Below are positions 8,603 to 17,518 of a DNA stretch of 64,000 nt, in pieces (the stretch's first letter is position 1; every line of letters begins with the position of its first letter). Position numbers and translations under genes: made by a program. This DNA is from a virus. The notes beneath the pieces were generated by a model. It ran no database searches and was not told the origin of the DNA. It was given only the letters and a program-made list of their open reading frames with translations. The stretch lies in the IMG/VR virus record IMGVR_UViG_3300035661_000042, positions 17,133 through 81,132 of that record; one strand, 5' to 3'.

Positions 8603-9556
8603 TTACTTGGCTGCGCGGCGTGCACGGATTTGTGCAAGCATTGCGTCAACGTCACTCGAACCCTCTTCTGTGACTGCTGCCTTGACAGCTTTCACAGGCT
8701 TTGGATCCGGTTCAAACGGAGGATCATCGTCTTCATCTGCTGGTGCAGCGGCACGAGCTGGTGCAGGACGAGCTGCGACACGTGGTGCCGGTTCGCTATC
8801 ACCAGACGATTCCTTGCGGCCTTCGTCTTGGTAATCTTCACCGTTCAGGTCAGCGTTCAGCATTGCACGAACCTTCTCAACGCCAGGGTTCTTTGGCAGC
8901 AGAGTTTTCAGTTCGATCATCCCTTCCTCAACCACAACGAGCTCATCTTCCGATAATGAACGTTGCTTCGAGTGGAACTTCGTTCCCATTGTGTACGTTG
9001 AGTACTCACCCTGTTCCGTCTTCTTGATGATGAAGTCGTAACCATCTGCAAAGTCATCAGGTGATGCGTCCAGTGGATCATCTTCCGAAGCAAACGCTTC
9101 CTTGATGATGTTGTACAGCTGGTAGCCGAGGGCAATGTGCCGAACTTCACCTTGGTGAGTCAACCCAGTATCCTTATCAGCTGGCAGCGGATCTTCCAGT
9201 ACAAGTGCTTGCGCAATGTACTGCTTCTTACGCCAGTACTTCTTGCCGTTGATCTTGTCATTGACCTTGTAATAGTCCTGTGACACCTTGCAGATCGGGC
9301 AGTCTTCACCGTACATGCTCAGGCATGCAACAGTCTTTTTCTGTCCATTGATCAAAAGGTTGTGGGACACCTTCTCTACCAAGAAGCCGCGAGAATTGCT
9401 CTCGTCCTTATCCGGCAGGAAACGAATGACGGCACGTTGTCCGGCCTTCATGTTCCAAAACGGGTAGTACTTGTTGGTGAATTGTTCGCGAGGGCCAGAT
9501 TGCTGATCGCCGAATTGGGCGCGAATGGCTGCGAGTTTTTCTTTTGCTGTTGACAT
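8603..9556 (-). CDS. gp32: T4 gp32-like single-stranded DNA-binding protein
   Basis: YYPFWN...AVIRFLPD, H/C Zn ligands (CLSMYGEDCPIC), GYDFIIKK, acidic tail ending LAQIRARR. Confidence 0.9.
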   Translation of the reverse strand: MSTAKEKLAAIRAQFGDQQSGPREQFTNKYYPFWNMKAGQRAVIRFLPDKDESNSRGFLVEKVSHNLLINGQKKTVACLSMYGEDCPICKVSQDYYKVNDKINGKKYWRKKQYIAQALVLEDPLPADKDTGLTHQGEVRHIALGYQLYNIIKEAFASEDDPLDASPDDFADGYDFIIKKTEQGEYSTYTMGTKFHSKQRSLSEDELVVVEEGMIELKTLLPKNPGVEKVRAMLNADLNGEDYQDEGRKESSGDSEPAPRVAARPAPARAAAPADEDDDPPFEPDPKPVKAVKAAVTEEGSSDVDAMLAQIRARRAAK

Positions 9557-9633
9557 AATTTTTCTCCTATTTCTGTTCTAGTTGTTGTTTGACTTCTCTT
9601 CTGTGAATCGATATGTCTACGTTCACATCTGCA

Positions 9634-9663
9634 TACTATCTGTTCACATCTAATAAAAGTCAA
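9634..9663 (-). promoter_or_regulatory. Possible sigma70 promoter TTGACT-N17-GATAGT, overlapped by an AGATGTGAAC direct repeat
   Basis: Good -35 box, 4/6 match at -10; 10-bp repeat at 9621-9630 and 9642-9651. Confidence 0.5.
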
Positions 9664-9754
9664 GAAGGTTTGGGACCTCCCAAATTAAGGGTGCTTCTCA
9701 CCCTATCTTTCGATGCTTGTATTTATGATTGTTGTTGTAAAAGTAACCAATACT

Positions 9755-10984
9755 TTAAGCAACACCCACAACTGCCGTTGCGATCAAAATGTCGAGAGTA
9801 GCATCATAGTATGCACGGATAAAGTTTGTTGCATTAGGTGTTGTAACAAACGTGGGCGGTGTGCCGCTGCCCCATTTCCACTTTGTACCAAAGGTGACTG
9901 CTCGGCCACCGCCGCCGTCTTGCCGAATGCGGATTTTCAACTCTTGACCATCCACCAAATTGATTGGGTTAGCAAGTTGCCGCGTCGCGCCCGCAACGTC
10001 AAGCACAACCTGAAAATTGTTGCTTATTCGTCCGTTGATTGTTATCGGTGATGCGTCGGTTAGCGTAAACGGCATGACCGTCTGTCGTGTCCCCACAGTA
10101 TCAACTGTGTACCACTGATTACTAGGGAAGTTCATTATGGATACACAGCCGCCGACTGGCAATATAACTTCGCCGTTTAACACACCATCAAGATATTGAC
10201 CAACAGGTGGGATAATTCTAATAACGTATTGGTTGAGAATGTCTGCTCGCACAAATGTGTAATTGAACACAAACGACCGGGCAAACTCGTCTACAAAAGT
10301 ATTTGCGCCAGCCGGTAAGGTATATGTAGGATCTGAATTAACTGCGGAACATACTGTGAGATAATGACCAAGACCTACAGGATTTGGAAAACTTGAGCCG
10401 GTAAAACTAAATCCAACACCGCTATGAGTCGTAATTATTGATTCCGCAGTGTTTTCCCTTTCACGGTACCAGTCAAACGATCCACCATCGAGTGCATTTT
10501 GTGCTCTTGTAGTAGGTGCCCATGGCGCGTCCTGTGGTAAGATTTCTCTCAAAATATATGCATATTTTTGCTGGCTTGCCCACACACGGTCACCAGCAGT
10601 CCAGAGGGTACCTACTGGCGAATCAGCACGACGAGTGACGGTTGCTGTATCTGCGCCGCCGTTTATCGACGCAATCACCCAGATTCCTTCGTCTGCCACT
10701 ACACCATAGACGTATGTCATTAGAATTGATTCACCAACAGAGACGTTTGCAGCCCCAAAGAAGGGGGCGCCAGCAACACTAATTGTTCCTGTGCTAGGGG
10801 AAATCTGATTACCACTTGGAGCGGAAGCCCAGCTAACAGGTTCTCGTTGCTTTGGGTATTGATTAGACCAAGTTCCACTTTGGTAAGTTAGTACTTGATT
10901 GGTTGCGGGTGCGGCAAGCGTTACCCCGCCAATGTCAGCCAGGTCTACGTCAACTTGCGATCCAGATACTTTTTGTTGTGCCAT
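9755..10984 (-). CDS. Tail/head fibre-like structural protein
   Basis: LADIGGVTL...NQVLTY.SGTW.N fibre repeat; C-terminal QDG.G.R..TFG...KW..G..P domain typical of fibres; late promoter upstream. Confidence 0.7.
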   Translation of the reverse strand: MAQQKVSGSQVDVDLADIGGVTLAAPATNQVLTYQSGTWSNQYPKQREPVSWASAPSGNQISPSTGTISVAGAPFFGAANVSVGESILMTYVYGVVADEGIWVIASINGGADTATVTRRADSPVGTLWTAGDRVWASQQKYAYILREILPQDAPWAPTTRAQNALDGGSFDWYRERENTAESIITTHSGVGFSFTGSSFPNPVGLGHYLTVCSAVNSDPTYTLPAGANTFVDEFARSFVFNYTFVRADILNQYVIRIIPPVGQYLDGVLNGEVILPVGGCVSIMNFPSNQWYTVDTVGTRQTVMPFTLTDASPITINGRISNNFQVVLDVAGATRQLANPINLVDGQELKIRIRQDGGGGRAVTFGTKWKWGSGTPPTFVTTPNATNFIRAYYDATLDILIATAVVGVA

Positions 10985-11006
10985 GAATTACTCCGGTGTT
11001 GGATAT

Positions 11007-11684
11007 TTATATTACACCAAACTGAACACGGCTCAGATTTGTTGTTACTGCTGGTACGTTATCGGGGATATCAATTGTTAGTTCGTTGATGACAGGCATA
11101 CCACCAACTACAAGAGTATCCTGTAACACTGCGTTGACGTAGATCGCCATTGTTGTCTTATCAGCATTGAACTCAAATCGCAGCGTAACAGGAACGTTTG
11201 CCGTCACCGCACCAACGTCACCAGTAAATTGATCCGAAACATTACTACCGCCACTGAGATTGTTATCGCCGTACACATACAAGTTCCACTGACCAGCATT
11301 CACTGAAACCTCAAAATACCATCCAGTCCATAGAGTGTAGTTATTTTCACGGATATTGACCGTGATACTTCCACCAAATACAAGAGTAGACGATTCAACA
11401 TCCACTTCAAGAAACGAAGGAACAGTGGTTGGCATTGTCCATATTGACGGCACAATAGAGAGTTGTCCTGAAGTGCGGGTCGACGAAAGAAGTCCTCCAG
11501 ACACCACGCCCTGCGTTAATGCTCGGCCGTCAGTATTATTGATAGGATGCAGCGCCCATGCGTGTAAACTATCAGTGATGCGCCCGTCTAATGAACCAGA
11601 GCCAGTGAACGTGTCAAGAAACGACACTGGTACGGGAGCTATCCTAGGTGACCACAACGGGGCCATTAGTGCAATGTTGATCAC
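11007..11684 (-). CDS. Putative receptor-binding beta-sandwich (lectin-like) subunit
   Basis: Begins FLDTFTGSGSL...W, all-beta; GTG start abuts the upstream stop. Confidence 0.55.
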   Translation of the reverse strand: MINIALMAPLWSPRIAPVPVSFLDTFTGSGSLDGRITDSLHAWALHPINNTDGRALTQGVVSGGLLSSTRTSGQLSIVPSIWTMPTTVPSFLEVDVESSTLVFGGSITVNIRENNYTLWTGWYFEVSVNAGQWNLYVYGDNNLSGGSNVSDQFTGDVGAVTANVPVTLRFEFNADKTTMAIYVNAVLQDTLVVGGMPVINELTIDIPDNVPAVTTNLSRVQFGVI

Positions 11685-11685
11685 A

Positions 11686-12027
11686 TTATGCTGCCGTTAG
11701 ATTACCTTCAACATCCCACCGGTCTGTACCAGTTTTCATCAACGTAATCTTACCGTTCAGCTTACGAATTGATAGTGTTTCAGGTGTTCGGAATGTTACA
11801 CCAGCTCCGTCGACCGTTACTGTGCCATCACCCGCTTGTCCAAGCACAACAGTAGTGCCAATGTCACAAGGTAGTACAGCATTCGTTGGAATAGTGTATG
11901 TTGTTGCCCCTGCATTAGCGATCAACACAACGTTACCGAAGTGTGTATCAAGCATTGCTTGTGAAGCAACATACTCAAATACTGTTACTACCGGCAGTTG
12001 CGAAGGGTGGAGACGTGATTGTGACAT
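11686..12027 (-). CDS. Stand-alone fibre adaptor domain
   Basis: TIPTNA...IGT......G.GTVT...GV....K.GTD.W...G.L; homologous to the middle of 13311..15482. Confidence 0.65.
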   Translation of the reverse strand: MSQSRLHPSQLPVVTVFEYVASQAMLDTHFGNVVLIANAGATTYTIPTNAVLPCDIGTTVVLGQAGDGTVTVDGAGVTFRTPETLSIRKLNGKITLMKTGTDRWDVEGNLTAA

Positions 12028-12046
12028 ATTAGGGTCCTTAGATTAG

Positions 12047-13252
12047 TTAGGCGTAAGCAAATACTGCAATATCGTCGTTGAGAGCCAACCCAGAAGCAAA
12101 TGTGATCTGACTTGCACCTGTTACTGTAAATGCCTTTGACGAACCCTCTTGTTGCAGAACACCATTGCGGTATACTTGGATATACGCAGTAGTAGCTGTT
12201 TTTGCAGTAGTAAGCAACGGCGAGGTGTTAACTACTGTTTGAGCTGCGGTCGCAACAAGCTGGATGTGGTGTGGAACACCAACCGACGGAGCAGGAGCAG
12301 CAACTGTGGTAATAGCTGAACGAAGCAGAATGGTGTTGATATCAACAACCGTAGCCACTACTACTGGGTTTGGTGGTGGAGTTGGTGTTAGGTCACCAGT
12401 CAAGCTGACATACAGAGGTGCATTTACACCTGCAACTGTCCAATTCCACAAAGGATTAGTGATCAAGCCTTCCATCGCAACATTGACTACTTCACCAATA
12501 ACAACCCCAATGTCAATCATACCATATGCACCATTCGTTGTTGTAACGTTTGTTGCAAGGGTGATCTTGTTGAAATCAACGAAGTGAACAATGCTGTATG
12601 CAGGAATGTTGGCAGTCGCAACAGCTTCAATGTTGATTGCGGCAATCTTTAATTGGCCGGCCGAAGCAGCACCAGTAACAACAACATCTTCTGTTGTGAA
12701 GAAGTATCCACCAAGGCGCTTGATTGCGTCTCCGTTGATGTCGTACAAGATTGGACCAACCATCGTAGGAATTGCAGTCAGTGTGCTGATCTGCGATCCT
12801 TCGTATGCTGGGTTGGCGACGCCAACGCTTTGCAGAACGGATCCGTTATCCAGCTTTGCAGCAAATACACGAATCTTTTTCAACCAACGACCAGTGCCAG
12901 TAAACACCTTCATTACATTGTTTGTCGTGTCAAACCAATGTTGGTCAACTGCTGGTGCAGAAGGTGCAACAGGAGAATCAACAGGGGCGATCAACGTATG
13001 ACCAAACGTGCGTAGTCCTGTCAACGGGTCAAGATCCCAGTACAACCAATAATCTTGTACCCCTGATGCAAATGGGCCAGTCCAAGCACTTACGACAGAA
13101 ACACGCTCTGTATGCAAGTAATCCGTTGGTCCATCCGCCAGAGCCACCGAAACGTACGCAGGAGCTGCGACATTAAGATTGACCGTAGCACCATTTAGTT
13201 GAAGAAACCCAGGAGGCGCGATTACGATGCCTTGGCGAAAATTGATACGCAT
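12047..13252 (-). CDS. Virion fibre/decoration protein, paralogue 1
   Basis: Shares a ~310-aa N-terminal region (FRQG...WLYWD...RTFGHT...QHWFDT...) with the next two genes; short C-terminal domain (QVYRNGVLQ...ITF). Confidence 0.7.
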   Translation of the reverse strand: MRINFRQGIVIAPPGFLQLNGATVNLNVAAPAYVSVALADGPTDYLHTERVSVVSAWTGPFASGVQDYWLYWDLDPLTGLRTFGHTLIAPVDSPVAPSAPAVDQHWFDTTNNVMKVFTGTGRWLKKIRVFAAKLDNGSVLQSVGVANPAYEGSQISTLTAIPTMVGPILYDINGDAIKRLGGYFFTTEDVVVTGAASAGQLKIAAINIEAVATANIPAYSIVHFVDFNKITLATNVTTTNGAYGMIDIGVVIGEVVNVAMEGLITNPLWNWTVAGVNAPLYVSLTGDLTPTPPPNPVVVATVVDINTILLRSAITTVAAPAPSVGVPHHIQLVATAAQTVVNTSPLLTTAKTATTAYIQVYRNGVLQQEGSSKAFTVTGASQITFASGLALNDDIAVFAYA

Positions 13253-13310
13253 GATGTTGTTCCTTAGTAGAGGGTACAGTATTTATATTTGATACGGTTG
13301 TTTTGTGGTA

Positions 13311-15482
13311 TTACACGCCTGGCCACGAAAGATTCAACACACCCGTTGTTACGGTTTGTACAGAGCCTGTGTAGTCAGATGTAATAGTAACGAGGAATGA
13401 ACCAGCCTTCGCTGCTCCGGTATCAGCGTATCCCCACCGCAAAGAGCCAAATGCATATGTGGTATATTGCGCACCCAATGTGCCAACCGCTCCACCTTGT
13501 GCGCCGGCATATGTCATTACATCGCCACTCAATTGTGTTACTGTGATCAGCAACGTATCACCACCTGGGATTACTGTACAAGGGTTTGACAAATAACTTG
13601 ACAAAGTAACGTTGTTGATATCAGTAACCACACCAATACTGTTAATCAGAACAGCATTGACGCCTGTCATATCAACACCGTTCATGAAATTTTGTTTGAA
13701 AATCAAAACATTTGGTATAGTACATCCTGTCGTAAATGACCCAAGAATCGGTCCGCCTGATGACTCTGAAAATTCAATCAACATCGTAAACGCTGCAAGA
13801 CTTGAATGTGACCGTGTAACGTACCACGATGGTTCTTCCGGGGCAGTTGGTCCAAACTGGGTCCATACGCCCTCCGCAGTTCCCACTCTACCGTACGGAA
13901 TTGGAGTGGTAACAAGCGTAACTCCACCAGTTAGAACGGTTGCGCGAGCCCATTGAAATGTTGGTAAAGCTGTACACCACACTTGTAATACTGAAAATTG
14001 GTAGTTATTGAAGACTGATGTAAATGCGTCTTCTAATGTTCCTGTGGTGCTTGCAAGGATGTTGGTAGTAATTTGCGAGAGATATACGCCGTATGTTAAT
14101 GTTTCTGGCCCTGCTGGCTGTACAGTCAGGCTTGGATACAAAACATTGAACGTACATTGTGCATTGATTGGAAGCACAGTAAATTGTGTTTGTGCACGCA
14201 ACTGGCCGTCAATTTCCCACGTATTTGCAGCAACCTTAATGGCAATTACACGCCCGTATTTGCGTTCAATCGTCAAGCTTTGTGGGCTACGTACCACTAC
14301 TCCACTCGAACCACGCACAGTGACTGTACCAAAATCAGAAGAGGACAGAATCACTTCTGCACCAATTGGAATTGCAACAGCGGCATCAGTTGGTAGATAT
14401 ACATATCCGTCTGTTCCAAAAGGAACACTAACCCGAACCATGGTTGAAATTCCGTCTGCTAATACCAAGACGTAGTTGTTGGATACTTCTTTGATTGTCA
14501 AGTTTTGTGGAGCGGCAGGGCCTGCGGTTCCACCATTGACCACAACAATCGAAGCTCGCAATAGAATTGTGTTAGTATCAACCACTGTTGCAACAACTGT
14601 TGCTTGTGGGGGCTGAACTGTCGTCAGTTCACCCGTCATACTAACGTACAGAGGCGCATTTACGCCTGCTGACACCCAGTTCCACAACGGATTTGTTACC
14701 AATCCTTCAACAGAAACGTTGACAACAGCTCCTGCCGACGCAGCCCCTTCAATTAACCCATAAGCACCAGAAGTTGTCAGGTTGGTAGCAAGGTCAATTT
14801 GATTAAAATCTGTGAAATGAACAATGCTGTAAGCAGGAATGTTTGCCACGGCAACTGCTTGAATGGCGATTGCTCCAATTTTTAGTTGAGCTGCTGATGC
14901 AACCCCTGTAACAACAACATCTTCTGTTGTGAAGAAGAATCCATTTCGCTTAACTGCATCACCGTTGACGTCAAATACCAATGCTCCAACACTTGTTGGA
15001 ACGGCTTCAAGTGTACTGACTTGTGAACCTGTAAACGCTGGATTATCAGCACCAACACTTTGTAGAATGGATCCGTTGTCCAGCTTTGCAGCAAACACAC
15101 GAATTTTGTTGACCCAGCGACCAGTACCAGTAAACACTTTCATTCTGTTGGTAGACGTATCAAACCAATGCTGGTCAACTGCTGGTGTAGGTGGGGCAGT
15201 GGAAGATGCGACAGGTGCAAGCAGGGTATGTCCAAACGTGCGTTGTCCTGTTAGGGTATTGATGTCCCAGAACAACCAATAAGATTGTGGGCCAGCGGCA
15301 AACGGACCAGTCCAAGCGCTTGTAATTGGCAACCGTTCAGTGTGAAGGTAATCTGTTATCCCGTCAGCAAAAGCAACATTGACTTGATCAAGTGGAGCAA
15401 GAGCGAGGTTAACAGTTGTTCCGTTCAGTTGTAGAAAGCTGGGTGGTGCTGTGACAATACCTTGTCTAAATTGGATGCGCAT
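13311..15482 (-). CDS. Virion fibre/decoration protein, paralogue 2
   Basis: Same N-terminal region, then an adaptor domain and ~290 aa of unique C-terminus. Confidence 0.7.
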   Translation of the reverse strand: MRIQFRQGIVTAPPSFLQLNGTTVNLALAPLDQVNVAFADGITDYLHTERLPITSAWTGPFAAGPQSYWLFWDINTLTGQRTFGHTLLAPVASSTAPPTPAVDQHWFDTSTNRMKVFTGTGRWVNKIRVFAAKLDNGSILQSVGADNPAFTGSQVSTLEAVPTSVGALVFDVNGDAVKRNGFFFTTEDVVVTGVASAAQLKIGAIAIQAVAVANIPAYSIVHFTDFNQIDLATNLTTSGAYGLIEGAASAGAVVNVSVEGLVTNPLWNWVSAGVNAPLYVSMTGELTTVQPPQATVVATVVDTNTILLRASIVVVNGGTAGPAAPQNLTIKEVSNNYVLVLADGISTMVRVSVPFGTDGYVYLPTDAAVAIPIGAEVILSSSDFGTVTVRGSSGVVVRSPQSLTIERKYGRVIAIKVAANTWEIDGQLRAQTQFTVLPINAQCTFNVLYPSLTVQPAGPETLTYGVYLSQITTNILASTTGTLEDAFTSVFNNYQFSVLQVWCTALPTFQWARATVLTGGVTLVTTPIPYGRVGTAEGVWTQFGPTAPEEPSWYVTRSHSSLAAFTMLIEFSESSGGPILGSFTTGCTIPNVLIFKQNFMNGVDMTGVNAVLINSIGVVTDINNVTLSSYLSNPCTVIPGGDTLLITVTQLSGDVMTYAGAQGGAVGTLGAQYTTYAFGSLRWGYADTGAAKAGSFLVTITSDYTGSVQTVTTGVLNLSWPGV

Positions 15483-17458
15483 TATATTGTTCCTACTATT
15501 GTAATAATCAAACCGACTGCGCCTGTGCCAGCACTGGTTATGTTGACAGTGATTCGATCACCATACGCAAACGTTGTAATATTTGCTGCTAATCCTTGCG
15601 TTGAACCAGACGTAATCGTTGTTGTGTGTATCACACTGCCGTTTTTCGATATTGTTGCCACAACGCTGCCAGAAGAACTTGCTGTCAACAAATCACCACG
15701 AATTGTAGTTGATGTAAAGTCACGAGGTGCAACTGCAATCGCTGCGTTAGTCTTAATTGCAACTGCGTTTGTTGTATCAGAGCACGCCAACGTCAAGTCG
15801 TACGGAATTGTGACAATAGCTGGCGGCGGACCACCAACCAAGTATCCAACGTGTACCACATCAGAATATCCCGGAGGTGGATTGTTGGTAACATCGGTTA
15901 CAATAAACGTGTGGTTGAAATAATCAAAAAACACGGTAATGTCGTGCGTATGTGCAAGGATACTGCCGTTAGATGAAGATGTAATTACCACACTTGGTTG
16001 TGATATATCTGCAACGTTGTTTGCTGGATTGGTCGTTTGTATCAACATTTCTGCCTGGGCCATTGTCATCAATGCCCAGTGATAGTGAGTGGGATTTGCA
16101 GTTGGTGGTACACCAACTTGAAACAAGAATCCTCCACCCTGAATTGTACCTGGCAGCCAATTTGCTCCATTATATACCAGCGCGTCGTTGAGAACTGCAC
16201 CTGCTGTATTGACATCTGTTAGGCTATCTAACGTATACGCTTTTGTGTCAACGTACTGTTTTGTAGCAGCCCCGAGATTAGTAACGGGGTTTGCACTCAA
16301 CACCAACGGACCAGTCATCGTATCACCGGCCTTCAATACCTTATTGTTCAGTCGTGGATCGTTGTCGCCGACAACGATTGGTGCATCTACATCAGCAGCG
16401 TTGACAGACAAGCGCGAAATACCGTACGTTGATGCAGTAGCCAATTGTACGCCACCCGCAAGGCCAGGCTCACCACGATCACCCTTACCACCAAGCCCTT
16501 GGTCAAACAAAATGCTGGTAGGAGTAACAACACGTGCAACGGGAACTTGGCTGTTTGGATACACAAATGCGTTGGCAACGTGTGGATCAACATTTGTCAA
16601 TACGCCGGCTTCTGAAATCCACAACTTTGCGCCGACTGTTTGCCAATTCCAGCTTGGATTTGTTACGTGGCCTTGTACGCAAATTGTGCCAACTTCTTGG
16701 CCGTCGAGGTCTTCCATTGCCATTGCAATTGTCGTATTACCCGTATCATTGTAGCCTGCCAAACTGATAAGTCCGAATGCACTGAACTTGACAACTTGGA
16801 ACTTCGCTATCGGCTCATACGCGGTGGCAGTAAGTATGTTTGCTTCAAGTCTGATTACGTTGACAGGCGAACCATTGACAAAGAACGTATCTTCTGATGT
16901 GAAGAATTTTCCATCAGAGCGTCGCACAGGAAGTCCTGTATCTCCAACGATGATTCGACCAGCTGATTTGTTCGGTGTTGTTAATCCAGCTTGTGTTCCG
17001 GCAAATGGACGACCAGCATATCCAGTTCCAAGGGGAGTAAACGTTGAATTGTTTGCTTGTGCAGCAAATACACGCAATGCTTCTCGAAAAATTCCAGACG
17101 TGTACACATACATTTTTCGTTCAAACGTGTTGAACCAATGTTGGTTTTCCACAGGGGAGGATGGAGGTGCAGTGGAATAAACAGGCGCCAATGTTGTGAA
17201 TCCAAATGTGCGGACGCCTGTTTGTAGGTTGATATCCCAGTACAACCAGCAATCAGTGCTTGATGGAAGCGGACCCCAGGCGTTTGTTACGTTGGAAGAC
17301 TCTGACAGTAGGTAGTTTTCAGATCCGTATGCAAGTGTAATGTCTGTGCGCCCATTGGCTGTTGTCAGGGAGACAAATCCACCCGAATACGACAGGAACG
17401 ATTGCAGTCCGCTGTCAATCGGATATGTGATTACGCCCTGTTGGAAGTCTAAATTCAT
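15482..17458 (-). CDS. Virion fibre/decoration protein, paralogue 3
   Basis: More diverged N-terminal region, short collagen-like GKGDRGEPG, fibre motifs AT..TYGISRLS and GDTMTG.L...AATKQYVD, HxH motifs. Confidence 0.7.
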   Translation of the reverse strand: MNLDFQQGVITYPIDSGLQSFLSYSGGFVSLTTANGRTDITLAYGSENYLLSESSNVTNAWGPLPSSTDCWLYWDINLQTGVRTFGFTTLAPVYSTAPPSSPVENQHWFNTFERKMYVYTSGIFREALRVFAAQANNSTFTPLGTGYAGRPFAGTQAGLTTPNKSAGRIIVGDTGLPVRRSDGKFFTSEDTFFVNGSPVNVIRLEANILTATAYEPIAKFQVVKFSAFGLISLAGYNDTGNTTIAMAMEDLDGQEVGTICVQGHVTNPSWNWQTVGAKLWISEAGVLTNVDPHVANAFVYPNSQVPVARVVTPTSILFDQGLGGKGDRGEPGLAGGVQLATASTYGISRLSVNAADVDAPIVVGDNDPRLNNKVLKAGDTMTGPLVLSANPVTNLGAATKQYVDTKAYTLDSLTDVNTAGAVLNDALVYNGANWLPGTIQGGGFLFQVGVPPTANPTHYHWALMTMAQAEMLIQTTNPANNVADISQPSVVITSSSNGSILAHTHDITVFFDYFNHTFIVTDVTNNPPPGYSDVVHVGYLVGGPPPAIVTIPYDLTLACSDTTNAVAIKTNAAIAVAPRDFTSTTIRGDLLTASSSGSVVATISKNGSVIHTTTITSGSTQGLAANITTFAYGDRITVNITSAGTGAVGLIITIVGTI

Positions 17459-17518
17459 ACGGGATACCTCGAAAGTTGTCCCGTATTTATCAGTTGCCTA
17501 CATCACCAGCGATAGCTA

